Of a DNA stretch of 33,418 bases, positions 8,787 to 19,428 are shown piece after piece. A model generated the notes under the pieces. That model was given only the letters and a program-made list of their open reading frames with translations. It had not been told where the DNA came from and made no database searches. Position numbers and translations under genes: made by a program. Every line of letters starts with the position of its first letter. Positions within the stretch are counted from its first letter, which is position 1. The DNA is from a virus (taxonomy: Duplodnaviria > Caudoviricetes), in IMG/VR virus record IMGVR_UViG_3300020045_020013, positions 1-33,418 of that record, one strand, 5' to 3'.

Positions 8787-9323
8787 TTATTTATTTATTT
8801 CGTTTTCAATATTTTTATAAAATCCAATCATTTTTTTTATTCTTTGCCAAAGATTAAAACCGCATTTCGGTAAGTTTTCGTGAAAAATTGAAAAACCTTC
8901 TATCAAGCAAAAAAGAAATAATGAAGCTGTTGCTAATTCAAATTCAGCATCTGAAATTCTATCGTATTTAAAATTTTTAATAAATAATACGGTTTGAATT
9001 TTTATCAAAAGAAGTGGCACTGCTAAATAAACCATTGCTTTTACTCCCATTTTTTTGGCTTTATCGCTCGAAAACCCTTCTCCGTTTCCAAAAAACCAGC
9101 TTTCTTTTGGATCGCTTTTTTTCCAAACAAAATAAGAAGCAAACAATCCCGTAATTAAATCACCTAAAAAAAAGTAGAATAAAATCCATCCCATGGATTC
9201 GAAATCAACAACCAAAGAAACTGCTGCAACCGCTGGAACTGCAGTTAATAATAATATTGGTTTTTTAAAAAAAAGTGCCAGCAAAGTAAATTTTGGCATA
9301 GCAAAAGACAATAATTCGTTCAT
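8787..9323 (-). CDS. Putative holin
   Basis: Several TM segments; DLITG...SS.K.KK...E..SI.EN pattern; upstream of amidase. Confidence 0.75.
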   Translation of the reverse strand: MNELLSFAMPKFTLLALFFKKPILLLTAVPAVAAVSLVVDFESMGWILFYFFLGDLITGLFASYFVWKKSDPKESWFFGNGEGFSSDKAKKMGVKAMVYLAVPLLLIKIQTVLFIKNFKYDRISDAEFELATASLFLFCLIEGFSIFHENLPKCGFNLWQRIKKMIGFYKNIENEINK

Positions 9324-9372
9324 TTGTTTTTGTTTTAAACTCACATCAAATGAACGATGTGAGTATTTGTAA

Positions 9373-9633
9373 TTACTCTTGTTTTATTCCTGAAAAGAAA
9401 ACAGCAGGAAAATAAGTTGAAGCAACAATAATGGCCACATCCCAAGCTGTTCCAAAATTTACTTTTGTCGTGAATAAGCTAAAATCAAATTCAAGTGTTT
9501 CTTGTAAATGCTGAATCATTGGATTAACTCCCTGCCAAACCAAGTCTAATAATGCTGTACCTAGAGTGATAATAAATCCAAGCATAAATTCTTTGAAATT
9601 GATGTTTTTGAAATTTGAAAATTGATTTTCCAT
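9373..9633 (-). CDS. Small two-TM membrane protein
   Basis: 86 aa with two hydrophobic stretches in the lysis region. Confidence 0.55.
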   Translation of the reverse strand: MENQFSNFKNINFKEFMLGFIITLGTALLDLVWQGVNPMIQHLQETLEFDFSLFTTKVNFGTAWDVAIIVASTYFPAVFFSGIKQE

Positions 9634-9639
9634 AGTTGT

Positions 9640-9894
9640 TTATTTTTTTAAAATTTTGATTAAAGCTTCGATCAACTTTTGAAAGAAGTTTTTCTTTTTT
9701 ATTGTTACTGGTTTGGGTTGTTCTACTGGTATTTCGAATTTTGGAACACTTAATAAAACTTCTTTTGGTTTCATATCAGATTGCATAATTGGGAATGTTT
9801 CCCCAATTGTGTAATCTTTTGTTCCTGATGCTACAATACTTTCTTGAGCATTACAAATACTAATTGTTAGTATTATTAATATTAGTTTTTTCAT
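9640..9894 (-). CDS. Small exported protein
   Basis: Signal peptide MKKLILIILTISICNA-Q. Confidence 0.5.
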   Translation of the reverse strand: MKKLILIILTISICNAQESIVASGTKDYTIGETFPIMQSDMKPKEVLLSVPKFEIPVEQPKPVTIKKKNFFQKLIEALIKILKK

Positions 9895-9980
9895 CTTTTT
9901 TTAAAGTATAATATCCTCGATAAACTTCCCAAGTTCTACCTTTGTAATCTGTTTTGTAAATAATTAATGATTTCATTATT

Positions 9981-12602
9981 TTATCTAACCGATTGTATAA
10001 ATGCAGCCATATTTTTAGCCAAAGACAGATAGCTATTATTTGGATGAATAGTATCATTTTGAATTATTTTAGAATCTAATTCAGATACTTGCGTTAAGGT
10101 AGTCCAAGCGTTATCTGTTGAAATATTGCCAAAACACTTATCTTCTATAGAAATACACAAATCAATCAAATAAATGTTTTCAGCAGTTCGTAAATCATAA
10201 TCTTCAATTAATTTAGTTTTTAATTTTGCCATAGTAGCATTTCTTTGAGCTACTAATTCTACACCATTTTTTCCGTAGGAAATAGGAGGAATACATATCG
10301 CTATTTTTACAGCAGAATTATCGGATTTTGCAGAAGCAATAAGAGTGTCTAATGATATTTTATAGTTGGCATACGTTGCTTCAAACCCAAAATAATCAGA
10401 ACCAAAATCATTGATTCCAAGCATAACACTAACTAAATTTAATGCTGGAATATCCCATACACTTCTGTATTTAGCTATATTAAAAGAAAAGTCAGCATTT
10501 ACTACTGTAGAATCTACCCAAGCTGTACCATTCCATTCTTGAAACTTTGACAAAGCATAATTGTACATTAAATCTCCAACTGCCATAGGAAATGCAACTG
10601 TACCAGTTCTTAATCCTGTAGAAGCACTAAAACCAAATTTAGTAGCAGTTTCAATGTTTGCGTAAACATTACCTACAACTACATCTTTCCAAAATCTAGT
10701 ACAGCCATAATAATTCTTACCAGCAACGTGTAAAAAAGGAGAGAATCCTGCAAATTGACTAGGAGAATAAATTGTGTTCATAAAGCCACCTTGCGAAGAT
10801 GTGCTAGAGTATAATTTCCAGCCTGATAAGCCTTCGTTATAATCTCCTCCTCCATTGGCTGAATGTCCTCTTTTAGTCCCTACAGATGATACATTAGGAC
10901 AAAAATAGGCGTTACCTGTAGTTTGAACTTCTTTAATCCAATAAGCAGGTGCTGTATAACTATCCCCAATTGGTAGCCATTTGAAAGCTCCGTTATCTGT
11001 CACTAAAGAAGCAACTTTCATTTCTATTGTTTTTCTATCAATTAGTTTAAAACCTTCGTTTTTCAACAACAACTCTTCCGTAAAATTCGCTGTTTTTGTA
11101 AATTTTATACCATCTTTATAATTAGTAGAAGTTTTAGGAGTTAAATAGTTTTTTCCTTCTTGGTAATTTTCTACCAGTTGCTCCTTATTTATATAAGTTG
11201 CTAGTCCGTTTAAAAAATAAAAAACAGATGGTATTTTTATTTTTTGTCTAACAGTCGGTATTTCGTCTTTAAAACTTTCAGCAGAAACTTCTTTTTTCAA
11301 TATTAAATTACCTGTGTAAACATCACTTTCTGTAGTAAAATCTTCTATAAGCCAAAAACCTTTTAATTGATCTCTATTAAACTCAACTCTGCAATAATAA
11401 CAATCTGAACTAGTTTTGAAATATTCAAAATAAATTTTAGTAGTTTTTCTTAAAAATATTCCATTAGATCCAAATTCATATACAGTTGTGTTGAAGGCGT
11501 TATTAGGTAATCTACACAATTTATTAGGTGTAACTTTAAAAGCAGCAGTAGTGAAACCAAACCAAGAAGGGCTAGTTCCAGGAACAGTATCAATATTAGC
11601 CAAAGCTCCTCCAGAGTTATTAGTTCTGTCAACGCCTTTAGAAACGTCAACTAAATTCCCATGAATACGGAATAATACATCAAAATCAGTATCTTTTTTA
11701 ACAAAATTAGTTGTGTATATATCTTTTATTTTTTTTGAAAAAGGAACATAAGCTGATGCTATAGCACCAATTTCTATCATTGGTAAAGCTGTTGTATCAT
11801 TTCTAAAACTAAAAATCACAAAAGCATCATATCCAAGAGAATTTGTGAAAGAATAAGGAGTTGTGTTGTTATTCGGAAATCCGCCTACAACTGTACCTGG
11901 AATTAAAACACCTAAAGAAGTAAATAAGGCGTGACTAGTTTGCCACATATTAACATTTGAAATTGTTAATGTTTGCCCATTTTTAATAAGCATTAAGCCT
12001 GTATTTCCAAAATTAAAAGCATTTGCAGTCAAAACTCCTGATGAATTAATATGCTCACCTAAACGTTTTTTTAATGGGTCAAAAATATTTATGCTTCCTA
12101 ATTCTAAAGATTGTGAAAATTCTAAATTATAAGCGGGTAATCTTTCTATCCATTTGCTAGAAATACTAGGAACATCACCTGCAACTGTAGCGGCATTACA
12201 AACCCAATCTTTACCTAAATGATTTACTTGAGAGTTTGATAAATAAGAGGAAGCAGTCCACGGATTGATTTTCACAAGCCTTACACTATTAGCACTAGAA
12301 GGTTTATCAGTAGATGTAGAATTTACAGCATCAATAATATCTGTTTTTTGCACATACCCTGTTAACTCAATTTCGGTTAAACTAACAAAATACTCACCGT
12401 TAATCCTTCGCAAAGTTCCAATGTTGTTTTCAGGAATCACAACTCCGCCCCAATTGGCATAAGTACCCGCTCCAGCACCTATGGAATGAATATTTCCAGT
12501 TGACGGCAAAGTACCGTTAGGATCGCCAATAGGAGTACTACCTACTAATGTATTTAGTAATTTTTCGTCAGTTTCGAATTTTGAATAATAAGGTGTTGAC
12601 AT
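9981..12602 (-). CDS. Tail fibre/spike with C-terminal SGNH/GDSL hydrolase domain
   Basis: 873 aa; IGDSY, MLGINDF and DTIHPN catalytic blocks; last tail gene. Confidence 0.75.
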   Translation of the reverse strand: MSTPYYSKFETDEKLLNTLVGSTPIGDPNGTLPSTGNIHSIGAGAGTYANWGGVVIPENNIGTLRRINGEYFVSLTEIELTGYVQKTDIIDAVNSTSTDKPSSANSVRLVKINPWTASSYLSNSQVNHLGKDWVCNAATVAGDVPSISSKWIERLPAYNLEFSQSLELGSINIFDPLKKRLGEHINSSGVLTANAFNFGNTGLMLIKNGQTLTISNVNMWQTSHALFTSLGVLIPGTVVGGFPNNNTTPYSFTNSLGYDAFVIFSFRNDTTALPMIEIGAIASAYVPFSKKIKDIYTTNFVKKDTDFDVLFRIHGNLVDVSKGVDRTNNSGGALANIDTVPGTSPSWFGFTTAAFKVTPNKLCRLPNNAFNTTVYEFGSNGIFLRKTTKIYFEYFKTSSDCYYCRVEFNRDQLKGFWLIEDFTTESDVYTGNLILKKEVSAESFKDEIPTVRQKIKIPSVFYFLNGLATYINKEQLVENYQEGKNYLTPKTSTNYKDGIKFTKTANFTEELLLKNEGFKLIDRKTIEMKVASLVTDNGAFKWLPIGDSYTAPAYWIKEVQTTGNAYFCPNVSSVGTKRGHSANGGGDYNEGLSGWKLYSSTSSQGGFMNTIYSPSQFAGFSPFLHVAGKNYYGCTRFWKDVVVGNVYANIETATKFGFSASTGLRTGTVAFPMAVGDLMYNYALSKFQEWNGTAWVDSTVVNADFSFNIAKYRSVWDIPALNLVSVMLGINDFGSDYFGFEATYANYKISLDTLIASAKSDNSAVKIAICIPPISYGKNGVELVAQRNATMAKLKTKLIEDYDLRTAENIYLIDLCISIEDKCFGNISTDNAWTTLTQVSELDSKIIQNDTIHPNNSYLSLAKNMAAFIQSVR

Positions 12603-12604
12603 AA

Positions 12605-13348
12605 CTATAAGTTGTTAAAGTGTTCGTAGTTGAATTCTAAAACATCATTGTTTGCAAGAGTTTTAAGAATTTCGATTTGATTTGGTATAATAAGTGTGTA
12701 TTCTGAAGAATTAAAAATCTTAACTCCATTTATATAAATCGCAATAAGATTTATTGGAACAAAAGGAAGCGTGAAAATTTTAGAATCGCCAGTTAGCCAA
12801 GTGAATGAACTTGTAAAATTACTTACATTAGCCCCTAATGTTTGAATGCCGTCGTTGTCATAAAAAACAAGACTTTTATCAATAATCAATTCATCCCTGG
12901 TACCTACTACTGGTGCTGTTGGATCTCCAAAATCACTATCAGAAACAATAAAAAAAGTAGCATATATTCCTGAATTAGGCAAAGGCGGCGTTTGAGGAAT
13001 TGAAGTTGATTCTTCGCCTTCAATCAAATCAAATCCGCTTTCTTCATTTGGAACAATAAAAACATATCTTGATTTACCTGCTGCGCTATATGCAATTTCA
13101 TTGATTTCAAAATCAGCATCATTCACAAATGTTTGATTGTTGATAATCCACTCCCAATTAGCATATATCGTAATTGAGCCATCAACAACTTCAGAAAAAC
13201 CTGTTTGCGCTTCAATTCGATCTATTCTCGCCAATTGGTTTACTATCTCAAAAAGTTCTTCGAAATTAGCATTGATTTTTTGCCCAGCAACTCTAGCTGA
13301 ATCCCCGGTTTGATTATTGGGTGCCGAACCTAAATTTATTGTTTCCAT
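12605..13348 (-). CDS. Distal tail/baseplate structural protein
   Basis: N-terminal INLGSAPNNQTGDSARVAGQKINANFEEL motif of T4 gp9/gp10 type. Confidence 0.65.
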   Translation of the reverse strand: METINLGSAPNNQTGDSARVAGQKINANFEELFEIVNQLARIDRIEAQTGFSEVVDGSITIYANWEWIINNQTFVNDADFEINEIAYSAAGKSRYVFIVPNEESGFDLIEGEESTSIPQTPPLPNSGIYATFFIVSDSDFGDPTAPVVGTRDELIIDKSLVFYDNDGIQTLGANVSNFTSSFTWLTGDSKIFTLPFVPINLIAIYINGVKIFNSSEYTLIIPNQIEILKTLANNDVLEFNYEHFNNL

Positions 13349-13500
13349 TATACTTCTTCGTCAAAGGTTCGTGTTGTATCATCAAAAAATATTTCCGTAC
13401 TATCGAAAGTAAATACCGGTTTAGGCATCACCACTATAGGATCATTCACGCTAGGCTGTGAACTATTACCAATACCTATTCTTTTTACATCTTGATCCAT
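13348..13500 (-). CDS. 50 aa acidic tail peptide (not in ORF track)
   Basis: MDQDVKRIGIG...FTFDSTEIFFDDTTRTFDEEV; stop overlaps next ATG (TAATG). Confidence 0.6.
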   Translation of the reverse strand: MDQDVKRIGIGNSSQPSVNDPIVVMPKPVFTFDSTEIFFDDTTRTFDEEV

Positions 13501-13506
13501 TTATTA

Positions 13507-16365
13507 TTAAGATTTATTATCTAATCTTGATTTCACTTCTACAGGAACACCTGTTAAATTACCTATCGATAACGAACTTGTGATAGCTGTTTGAATTTTG
13601 AAACTAGCTTCAGAAACGTATTGATCTCTAAAATCGGGTCCGCCACCAATTTGCGGACGTGCCGCCTTTGCATTTATCATTAAAATTAAAGTGACAAATA
13701 TTTGATCCGTTGAAACAATGTTAAAAACCAAAGGACCCGTTTCTTTGACCTCTTTTTTCAAATGATAACTCGCTTTACATTCTACTTTTTTAACCAAATT
13801 CACTCCATTTTTTTCTAAAACAAAATCGGTTATCGTTGAAGAATTTTTCTCAAAACTCCCGCCTTTTGCCGGACTATGATCTGCCAAAATAAAATACTCG
13901 CCCGTAACATTCAAAACCGTATTAGGCGGTAAATTTGGATTTACATTTACTTTGTATTTTTTTCTTAAAATTCTAGGCACAAAAAGCAAACTCCCCATCG
14001 CCGCACTTCCTGGTTCGTAAAATTCTTCGACTAAATCCAAGGTGATTGTATAATTTTTTACACGGGTGATGTTTATCGTGTCAAATGCGGTGGCACCTGA
14101 ATTGTCTGTTACTTCGATTTTGTAGGTATAAAAATCGCCAGTCAAATTGGTTAAATTAGCTGCCAACTGATTTGGAGTATCCAAACTATCACCAGGATCG
14201 CCTGTAATTTTTGTCCAGTTTTGCGAAGCAATAAATCCATCAGGATCATAAGCCGTTGCCGAAATTGAAGCCGTAGTATCAAACTCGCCAATAAATATAT
14301 CATTAGCCGCAACGACTATTGGCGAAATATTTTGACCTACAACTACTCCAGCAGAATCTTGATATACAGCACGTGCCAAAACTAGTGTTGACGTATTTTC
14401 ATCTAAATTCCACGAGCAATTTAAAACCGTAAAATTCTTTAGGAACTGATATTTGAATTGAATTACATCGTTGAATTTTATCGCATTTTTTGCCGTTACA
14501 TCAATTTTTTCGTGCGCAGCATTAAACATTCTACGATAGATATTTGCCACCGTTTTTGTATAACTATTTTTTTCGATTTTATAAAAAGCATCCGTCCATT
14601 GTGTCCAATTTGATCTATCTTGTGTAAAATCATCAACGGCATATTTGCGAACAAAAAAACTTCCAGTACTAATAGGGCTTTCGGTTTGAATTACCATTTC
14701 TTCGCCATTTTGGAAATTAAAAACAACATCTAGGATATTGATTAAATTTCCTAAATAATACACCTGGTACCTGTTTTTATTAATTAAATCAGCACCCGAA
14801 AGACTAACAACTGAATAGTATTTTCCGTTCAAAATAGTTCCATACAACACAATCACTTCGATTTCGTTATAGAAAGCCGTTTCTTCTTTTAGTTTAGCCA
14901 ATCGGAAACTATTAGAAAAACCCGATTGATCATCGCCATAAACAAGTTCAACATCTTTATCAATCGTGAAATCACCGTTAATTAAATCGGTTTCAATAAT
15001 TTCATCTACAAAATCGATAACTTTCACCTCCAGGGAACTAATTTGAATTCCAAGACAATTGTTAACCGAAGTTCTTCCTGTTGGCCGATAAATTCTAATA
15101 TCAAAAAGTCCGCTATTATCAAAAATGTGATCTATTTTTATTTCGGCTTTACCGCTATCATCAAAATTCAACACTTCACGATCTTCGACCAAACCACCAA
15201 AATTGCTGTACAAAACAATTCCGTTTTGCAAGATTTCGTATTTAAAAACATTGCCGTTAGCTGAATTATTCGTATTTATTTTTACTATCAAAAAATCAAT
15301 AGCAATACTTATTTTTTGATTTTGTTCGAAAAATATTTTTTTGCGTAACGAAATGAATTTCGTATCATCTTGCGCCCAATCAGTGGCATTATTGTTGTCA
15401 AAATAAAATTGATTATAAGCCACGACACCGTAATTTGGAGCCAAACATTTAGCGTAATAATCCCCGTTTGCCATCCATTGCGAAGCTTCGATTATTCCTA
15501 AAATACCATTAACAATCGCCCAGCCATCGTTAGTTTCAGCACTGGCTGTTTTCGGGATAGATGGGGCTGTTTTTTTATAATTTACCACCACTTCGTTATA
15601 AGGCGGAATTATTGTAACATTAGGCGTTACCAAAGGCGTGATTTGCTTAATAACCTTATCTACAACTACCAATCCCAAAGCATTTCCTAACGAATCATAA
15701 GTTTTGTAAGTTACTTTTTGAGTTTGACGAATATTAATTCCCTCGATATACCAGCGGCTATCGCACTGAAAACAAATACATAAAGTATCCGCTAAAAGTG
15801 ATTCAAAAATTTTGTAAGCGTCTTTTTGTTTTTTACCATCGAGAAAAGCTTCAGTATCGATGTAGATTTTATTCCAATCTTTTTCGATGGCATTTTCGAT
15901 GGCTGGAGAAAAATACAAATCCAAATTCAATCCTGTTAATCGCAGGATTTGACAAAAAATGTCAATTATAGACTTCTCACGGCTGTAATATTCCGCAGGA
16001 AGGTATTTTCCTTTCAAACGACCTAATCCATCGCTAGCACCAAACGAAACGAAAAAATTAACCGCTTTGTAAGGCTCGTTATATAAATCAGGTAAAATGT
16101 AACCCTGCCAAATAATTTCGTTTGTCACACTATCTTTGACCAAAGTTTTAAAACGATGTTCATCACCAGTAAAGAAATCGATAAAAGCCGCATCATCATC
16201 ATTGACCGTTAGCATATCAAACGAAAGATCACTACCAATAATGGATTTTTCGTCTTTCGCATCGGATCCTGACCATTTCAGGACAATTCCTTTGGACGAT
16301 GCACTTTTAGGTACAATTTGAACCAAAGGCGAAAGCGTGTCGATTATGTCGATAAAATAACTCAT
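13507..16365 (-). CDS. Large tail tip protein with PKD/Ig-like domain
   Basis: 952 aa after tape measure; AYDPDGFIASQNWTKITG...VTDNSGATAFDTINI. Confidence 0.75.
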   Translation of the reverse strand: MSYFIDIIDTLSPLVQIVPKSASSKGIVLKWSGSDAKDEKSIIGSDLSFDMLTVNDDDAAFIDFFTGDEHRFKTLVKDSVTNEIIWQGYILPDLYNEPYKAVNFFVSFGASDGLGRLKGKYLPAEYYSREKSIIDIFCQILRLTGLNLDLYFSPAIENAIEKDWNKIYIDTEAFLDGKKQKDAYKIFESLLADTLCICFQCDSRWYIEGINIRQTQKVTYKTYDSLGNALGLVVVDKVIKQITPLVTPNVTIIPPYNEVVVNYKKTAPSIPKTASAETNDGWAIVNGILGIIEASQWMANGDYYAKCLAPNYGVVAYNQFYFDNNNATDWAQDDTKFISLRKKIFFEQNQKISIAIDFLIVKINTNNSANGNVFKYEILQNGIVLYSNFGGLVEDREVLNFDDSGKAEIKIDHIFDNSGLFDIRIYRPTGRTSVNNCLGIQISSLEVKVIDFVDEIIETDLINGDFTIDKDVELVYGDDQSGFSNSFRLAKLKEETAFYNEIEVIVLYGTILNGKYYSVVSLSGADLINKNRYQVYYLGNLINILDVVFNFQNGEEMVIQTESPISTGSFFVRKYAVDDFTQDRSNWTQWTDAFYKIEKNSYTKTVANIYRRMFNAAHEKIDVTAKNAIKFNDVIQFKYQFLKNFTVLNCSWNLDENTSTLVLARAVYQDSAGVVVGQNISPIVVAANDIFIGEFDTTASISATAYDPDGFIASQNWTKITGDPGDSLDTPNQLAANLTNLTGDFYTYKIEVTDNSGATAFDTINITRVKNYTITLDLVEEFYEPGSAAMGSLLFVPRILRKKYKVNVNPNLPPNTVLNVTGEYFILADHSPAKGGSFEKNSSTITDFVLEKNGVNLVKKVECKASYHLKKEVKETGPLVFNIVSTDQIFVTLILMINAKAARPQIGGGPDFRDQYVSEASFKIQTAITSSLSIGNLTGVPVEVKSRLDNKS

Positions 16366-18902
16366 TAGCTTAATCGATTGTTACGTTTATTGGCACGATC
16401 AAAAACAACTATTAAATCCTGTCCTGAAATTCGTATGTCTGGAATTATAGTTGAAGAATCACCACCGCTATTCATCGCACCCCAAATTCTTTTTTGCTGA
16501 TCGGTATTCGAAATCATTTCAGCCGAATTTACACGAGCCATAATTTTATCACCGTAGTAAGATTGACCGCCAACGATACCACCATTTGCGAAAGCCTGTG
16601 TTTTTGGCCCCGCCGAAAATTTACTCTGAACAATAGACCCCAAAGCTACCAATGCAATTCCAGCCGCAATACCCACCGCAGGATGCGCAAATAATTTTTT
16701 AAAAGCCTCCGCAGCTATCGCAGTCTGAATCAATGATTTCCCTAAATCTTTCATAAAAGCCCCAACCAAACCCAACATACCTTTCATCGCATCACCCATA
16801 GACATTGCGCCAGAAACAATACCTCCAATAGCCTCTCCAAAACCAACCGCCGCATTAACAGCCAATCCTTGTATAGCCTGATTAACCATATCTGTTAAAT
16901 TCAACATAGTTCCATTAATAGAATCCGCAACAGCTTGCAAACCGCCAGCTTTAGATTGCATTTCAGTAACTAAATTCTCAAAACCACCTGAAATTTCTAT
17001 TAATGATGCTGGATCAAATTGTAAGGCTTTTTCAAATTCGACTTGTTTTATAGCATCTTCGGCTAATTTTACCTGTTGAGCGGTTGTAGCTACTTCGGTT
17101 TGAAATTCCCTTAATTTGGCAATTTGCGCATCATAAGCCGCCGCACTATTGCCACCAACTGAACTATTTATTGTAATATCGATAGGTTCAAGATTAGCTT
17201 TTTTTACTTTTTCTATTCCTTCAGCAACTCCTGACAAAGCATCAGTTACTGCATCAGTTTTCAAAGCTTCATTTTCTAAAAGCTTACCTGTTTTTGACGC
17301 ATAAATTTCTTTAGCATTTAATAAAGATTGGTCTGATTTTACAGCATCGGCTGTGAATTTTTTAATTTCTTCACTTACATTTTTATACTCTAATTTTGCA
17401 GACGTTAAAGCAGCTGTCAATCTTCCGTAAGCATAAGCCCCGCCATTTACATCATTAGGATTTGTACTCGCATCAATTCCAGCCGCTTTTAAGGCTTTTT
17501 GCGCTTGCTTAATTTTTTCGATTGCAGCGGTTTTTTTGTCCTGCAATTCGATTTCAGTTGAAATTCGCTCATTTGCATTTTCTTGCAATTTATTGTCGAT
17601 AGCCATTGCACGGGCTTTATTAAAAATAGCCTGTCTTAATTCATCATAAGAAGTTTTTGCAGTTCCATTTTTAATAGATTCGTCGTCAAGGTTTTTAAAA
17701 TAAGCAGGATACATTTCCTGTATTTTTTCACGTGCTTCACGAGTTTCGGTAATAGATCCTTTTACATTGGTAGCTGCTGCGAAAAGCTTATCCAAAGCAC
17801 CTACTTCGGTTGCAGCGTTTTTATTGCCTTGAGCCACAGCTTCATTTAATTGTTGCTGACTAGAAACTACTTTTTGAGTATTTGAATACCATCCGTACAA
17901 AGCCAAGCCAATAGCCACGATGGCAGCCCCTAAAGCTATGTAAGGATTAGCGACTATAACTGTCTTTAACGCTAAAAAAGAATCTTTTAAAGCATTGAAT
18001 TTTGTGATCAAATTTGGAACAAAAGTTAACATCGAACCAAAAACAGTCAACAAAGGACCAGTAGCCGCAACAACAGCCGCAACAATTACAATAGTTTCTT
18101 TCGTTCCTTCGGACAAGTTTCCAAAAGATTTAATCAACTCGTTTACATAACGAATCGCTTTTGTAAAAGCAGGTATCATAACCGAACCAAATTGTTGAGC
18201 CACTTGTTTTAACGATTCCTGAAAGATTCTCATTTGATTGGCAGCTCCACCACCGGTACGGATAAAATCACCTTGAGAATTCTTGGTAACCGACATAATA
18301 TAAGCATAGCGAAGATTTACTTTCGATGCTTGATCCATATCCGCAATTTTAGTTTTAATACCTTTTGAGAAAGCGAAGTTTTGCAGATTCGCTTCGGTCA
18401 TTACGATACCTAGTTTTTTCAAACTTTCGGTTTCGCCTGTGAAAATTCCGTTCAAAGCGGTGTTGGCAATATCAATCGATATATTTTTAAAGGAAGATAA
18501 ATCACCCGCTAATCCTACTAAAGTAGTGGACATTTTAGCAGCTTTATCTTGTGAGATCCCTAAAGAAGTTCCCATATCACCAAAAGCAGAAGCCATATTG
18601 AGAGCCGTTCCTTCGGCTATACCAAAACTTTCAAGGGATGTTTTAGCGAATTCCTTGACACTAGCTGACGATTTATCAAAAGCCACATCGACTTTATTCA
18701 TGGATTCGTCATAATCCGAAGCAAATTTTATGGCAGCTGCTCCAGCACCAACAATAGGAGCCGTGAGATACAACGACATTCCTTTTCCCAAAGCCGACAT
18801 CTGATTTCCGAACGCACCAATTCTACGCATAGAGTTTTGCATCTCGGTTGAGAAACCTCGCAAATCCGCTTGAAACTTAATGTTAATCGTGGCTAATCCC
18901 AT
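16365..18902 (-). CDS. Tail tape measure protein
   Basis: 845 aa, Ala/Gly-rich helical; AFANGGIV C-terminal motif; follows chaperone genes. Confidence 0.92.
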   Translation of the reverse strand: MGLATINIKFQADLRGFSTEMQNSMRRIGAFGNQMSALGKGMSLYLTAPIVGAGAAAIKFASDYDESMNKVDVAFDKSSASVKEFAKTSLESFGIAEGTALNMASAFGDMGTSLGISQDKAAKMSTTLVGLAGDLSSFKNISIDIANTALNGIFTGETESLKKLGIVMTEANLQNFAFSKGIKTKIADMDQASKVNLRYAYIMSVTKNSQGDFIRTGGGAANQMRIFQESLKQVAQQFGSVMIPAFTKAIRYVNELIKSFGNLSEGTKETIVIVAAVVAATGPLLTVFGSMLTFVPNLITKFNALKDSFLALKTVIVANPYIALGAAIVAIGLALYGWYSNTQKVVSSQQQLNEAVAQGNKNAATEVGALDKLFAAATNVKGSITETREAREKIQEMYPAYFKNLDDESIKNGTAKTSYDELRQAIFNKARAMAIDNKLQENANERISTEIELQDKKTAAIEKIKQAQKALKAAGIDASTNPNDVNGGAYAYGRLTAALTSAKLEYKNVSEEIKKFTADAVKSDQSLLNAKEIYASKTGKLLENEALKTDAVTDALSGVAEGIEKVKKANLEPIDITINSSVGGNSAAAYDAQIAKLREFQTEVATTAQQVKLAEDAIKQVEFEKALQFDPASLIEISGGFENLVTEMQSKAGGLQAVADSINGTMLNLTDMVNQAIQGLAVNAAVGFGEAIGGIVSGAMSMGDAMKGMLGLVGAFMKDLGKSLIQTAIAAEAFKKLFAHPAVGIAAGIALVALGSIVQSKFSAGPKTQAFANGGIVGGQSYYGDKIMARVNSAEMISNTDQQKRIWGAMNSGGDSSTIIPDIRISGQDLIVVFDRANKRNNRLS

Positions 18903-18929
18903 AAAAAAACTACCTTTAAATATTGGTTT

Positions 18930-18978
18930 AAAAGTAGTTTCAAGGCATTACTTAAATGGTTACATTATGTAACTTTAT
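18930..18978 (-). promoter_or_regulatory. Putative late promoter/operator, copy 1
   Basis: CTTAAATGGTTACATTATGTAACTTTAT (18951-18978) identical to 26539-26566; TACTTTTA -7-like box downstream on the minus strand. Confidence 0.7.
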
Positions 18979-18984
18979 TACAAG

Positions 18985-19010
18985 AAAAAGCCAGTCGTTC
19001 AACTGGCTTT
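18985..19010 (-). terminator. Intrinsic terminator after tail chaperone genes
   Basis: AAAGCCAGT-CGTTCA-ACTGGCTTT plus T-run on the minus strand. Confidence 0.7.
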
Positions 19011-19044
19011 CCCTCTCAAAAACAATAAAAAAATAACCAACACA

Positions 19045-19428
19045 CTATGCTTTTCCTGCTTTTTTTTCATCCCATCGGGCGAAGAAAGCTTCACTTGATT
19101 TTTGACCTTCTAACATTCGAATTTCTTCTTCTTCAGTTAGTTCTTTGATTTTTTCTTCTTCCCAAGAAAATAATGTTATATCCGTTTCTTTAATTTCTTT
19201 TGTTAAAGGGGGTTGCATTGCTGCCCACATTATTTTTCGCATAATTATCAATCTTTCACGAGATAAGAAATCTTGTTTTTGAGCAAAACCCTTTTCGATG
19301 TTTGAAAACTGCCTTTGGGTTAAGGAGTAGAAATAATTGATTTCTAATCCTATGTGACCGCAAGCGTATTGTTCTAGCTGATCCCAGGTTAAAGGTTTGT
19401 GCTTTTCGCCCGGGGTTTCGACTTTTTT
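19045..19428 (-). CDS. Tail assembly chaperone gpT part, reached by -1 frameshift
   Basis: The -1 frame is open from slippery A AAA AAG (19428-19422) through KVETPGEKHKPLTWDQLEQYACG... into ORF 19045-19251. Confidence 0.8.
   Translation of the reverse strand, partial: KKVETPGEKHKPLTWDQLEQYACGHIGLEINYFYSLTQRQFSNIEKGFAQKQDFLSRERLIIMRKIMWAAMQPPLTKEIKETDITLFSWEEEKIKELTEEEEIRMLEGQKSSEAFFARWDEKKAGKA

Noticed and set aside
18959-18973. GTTACATTATGTAAC as an extra cassette recombination site
   Set aside because: No adjoining hairpin or GTTA-N6-A pattern; the promoter context explains it better
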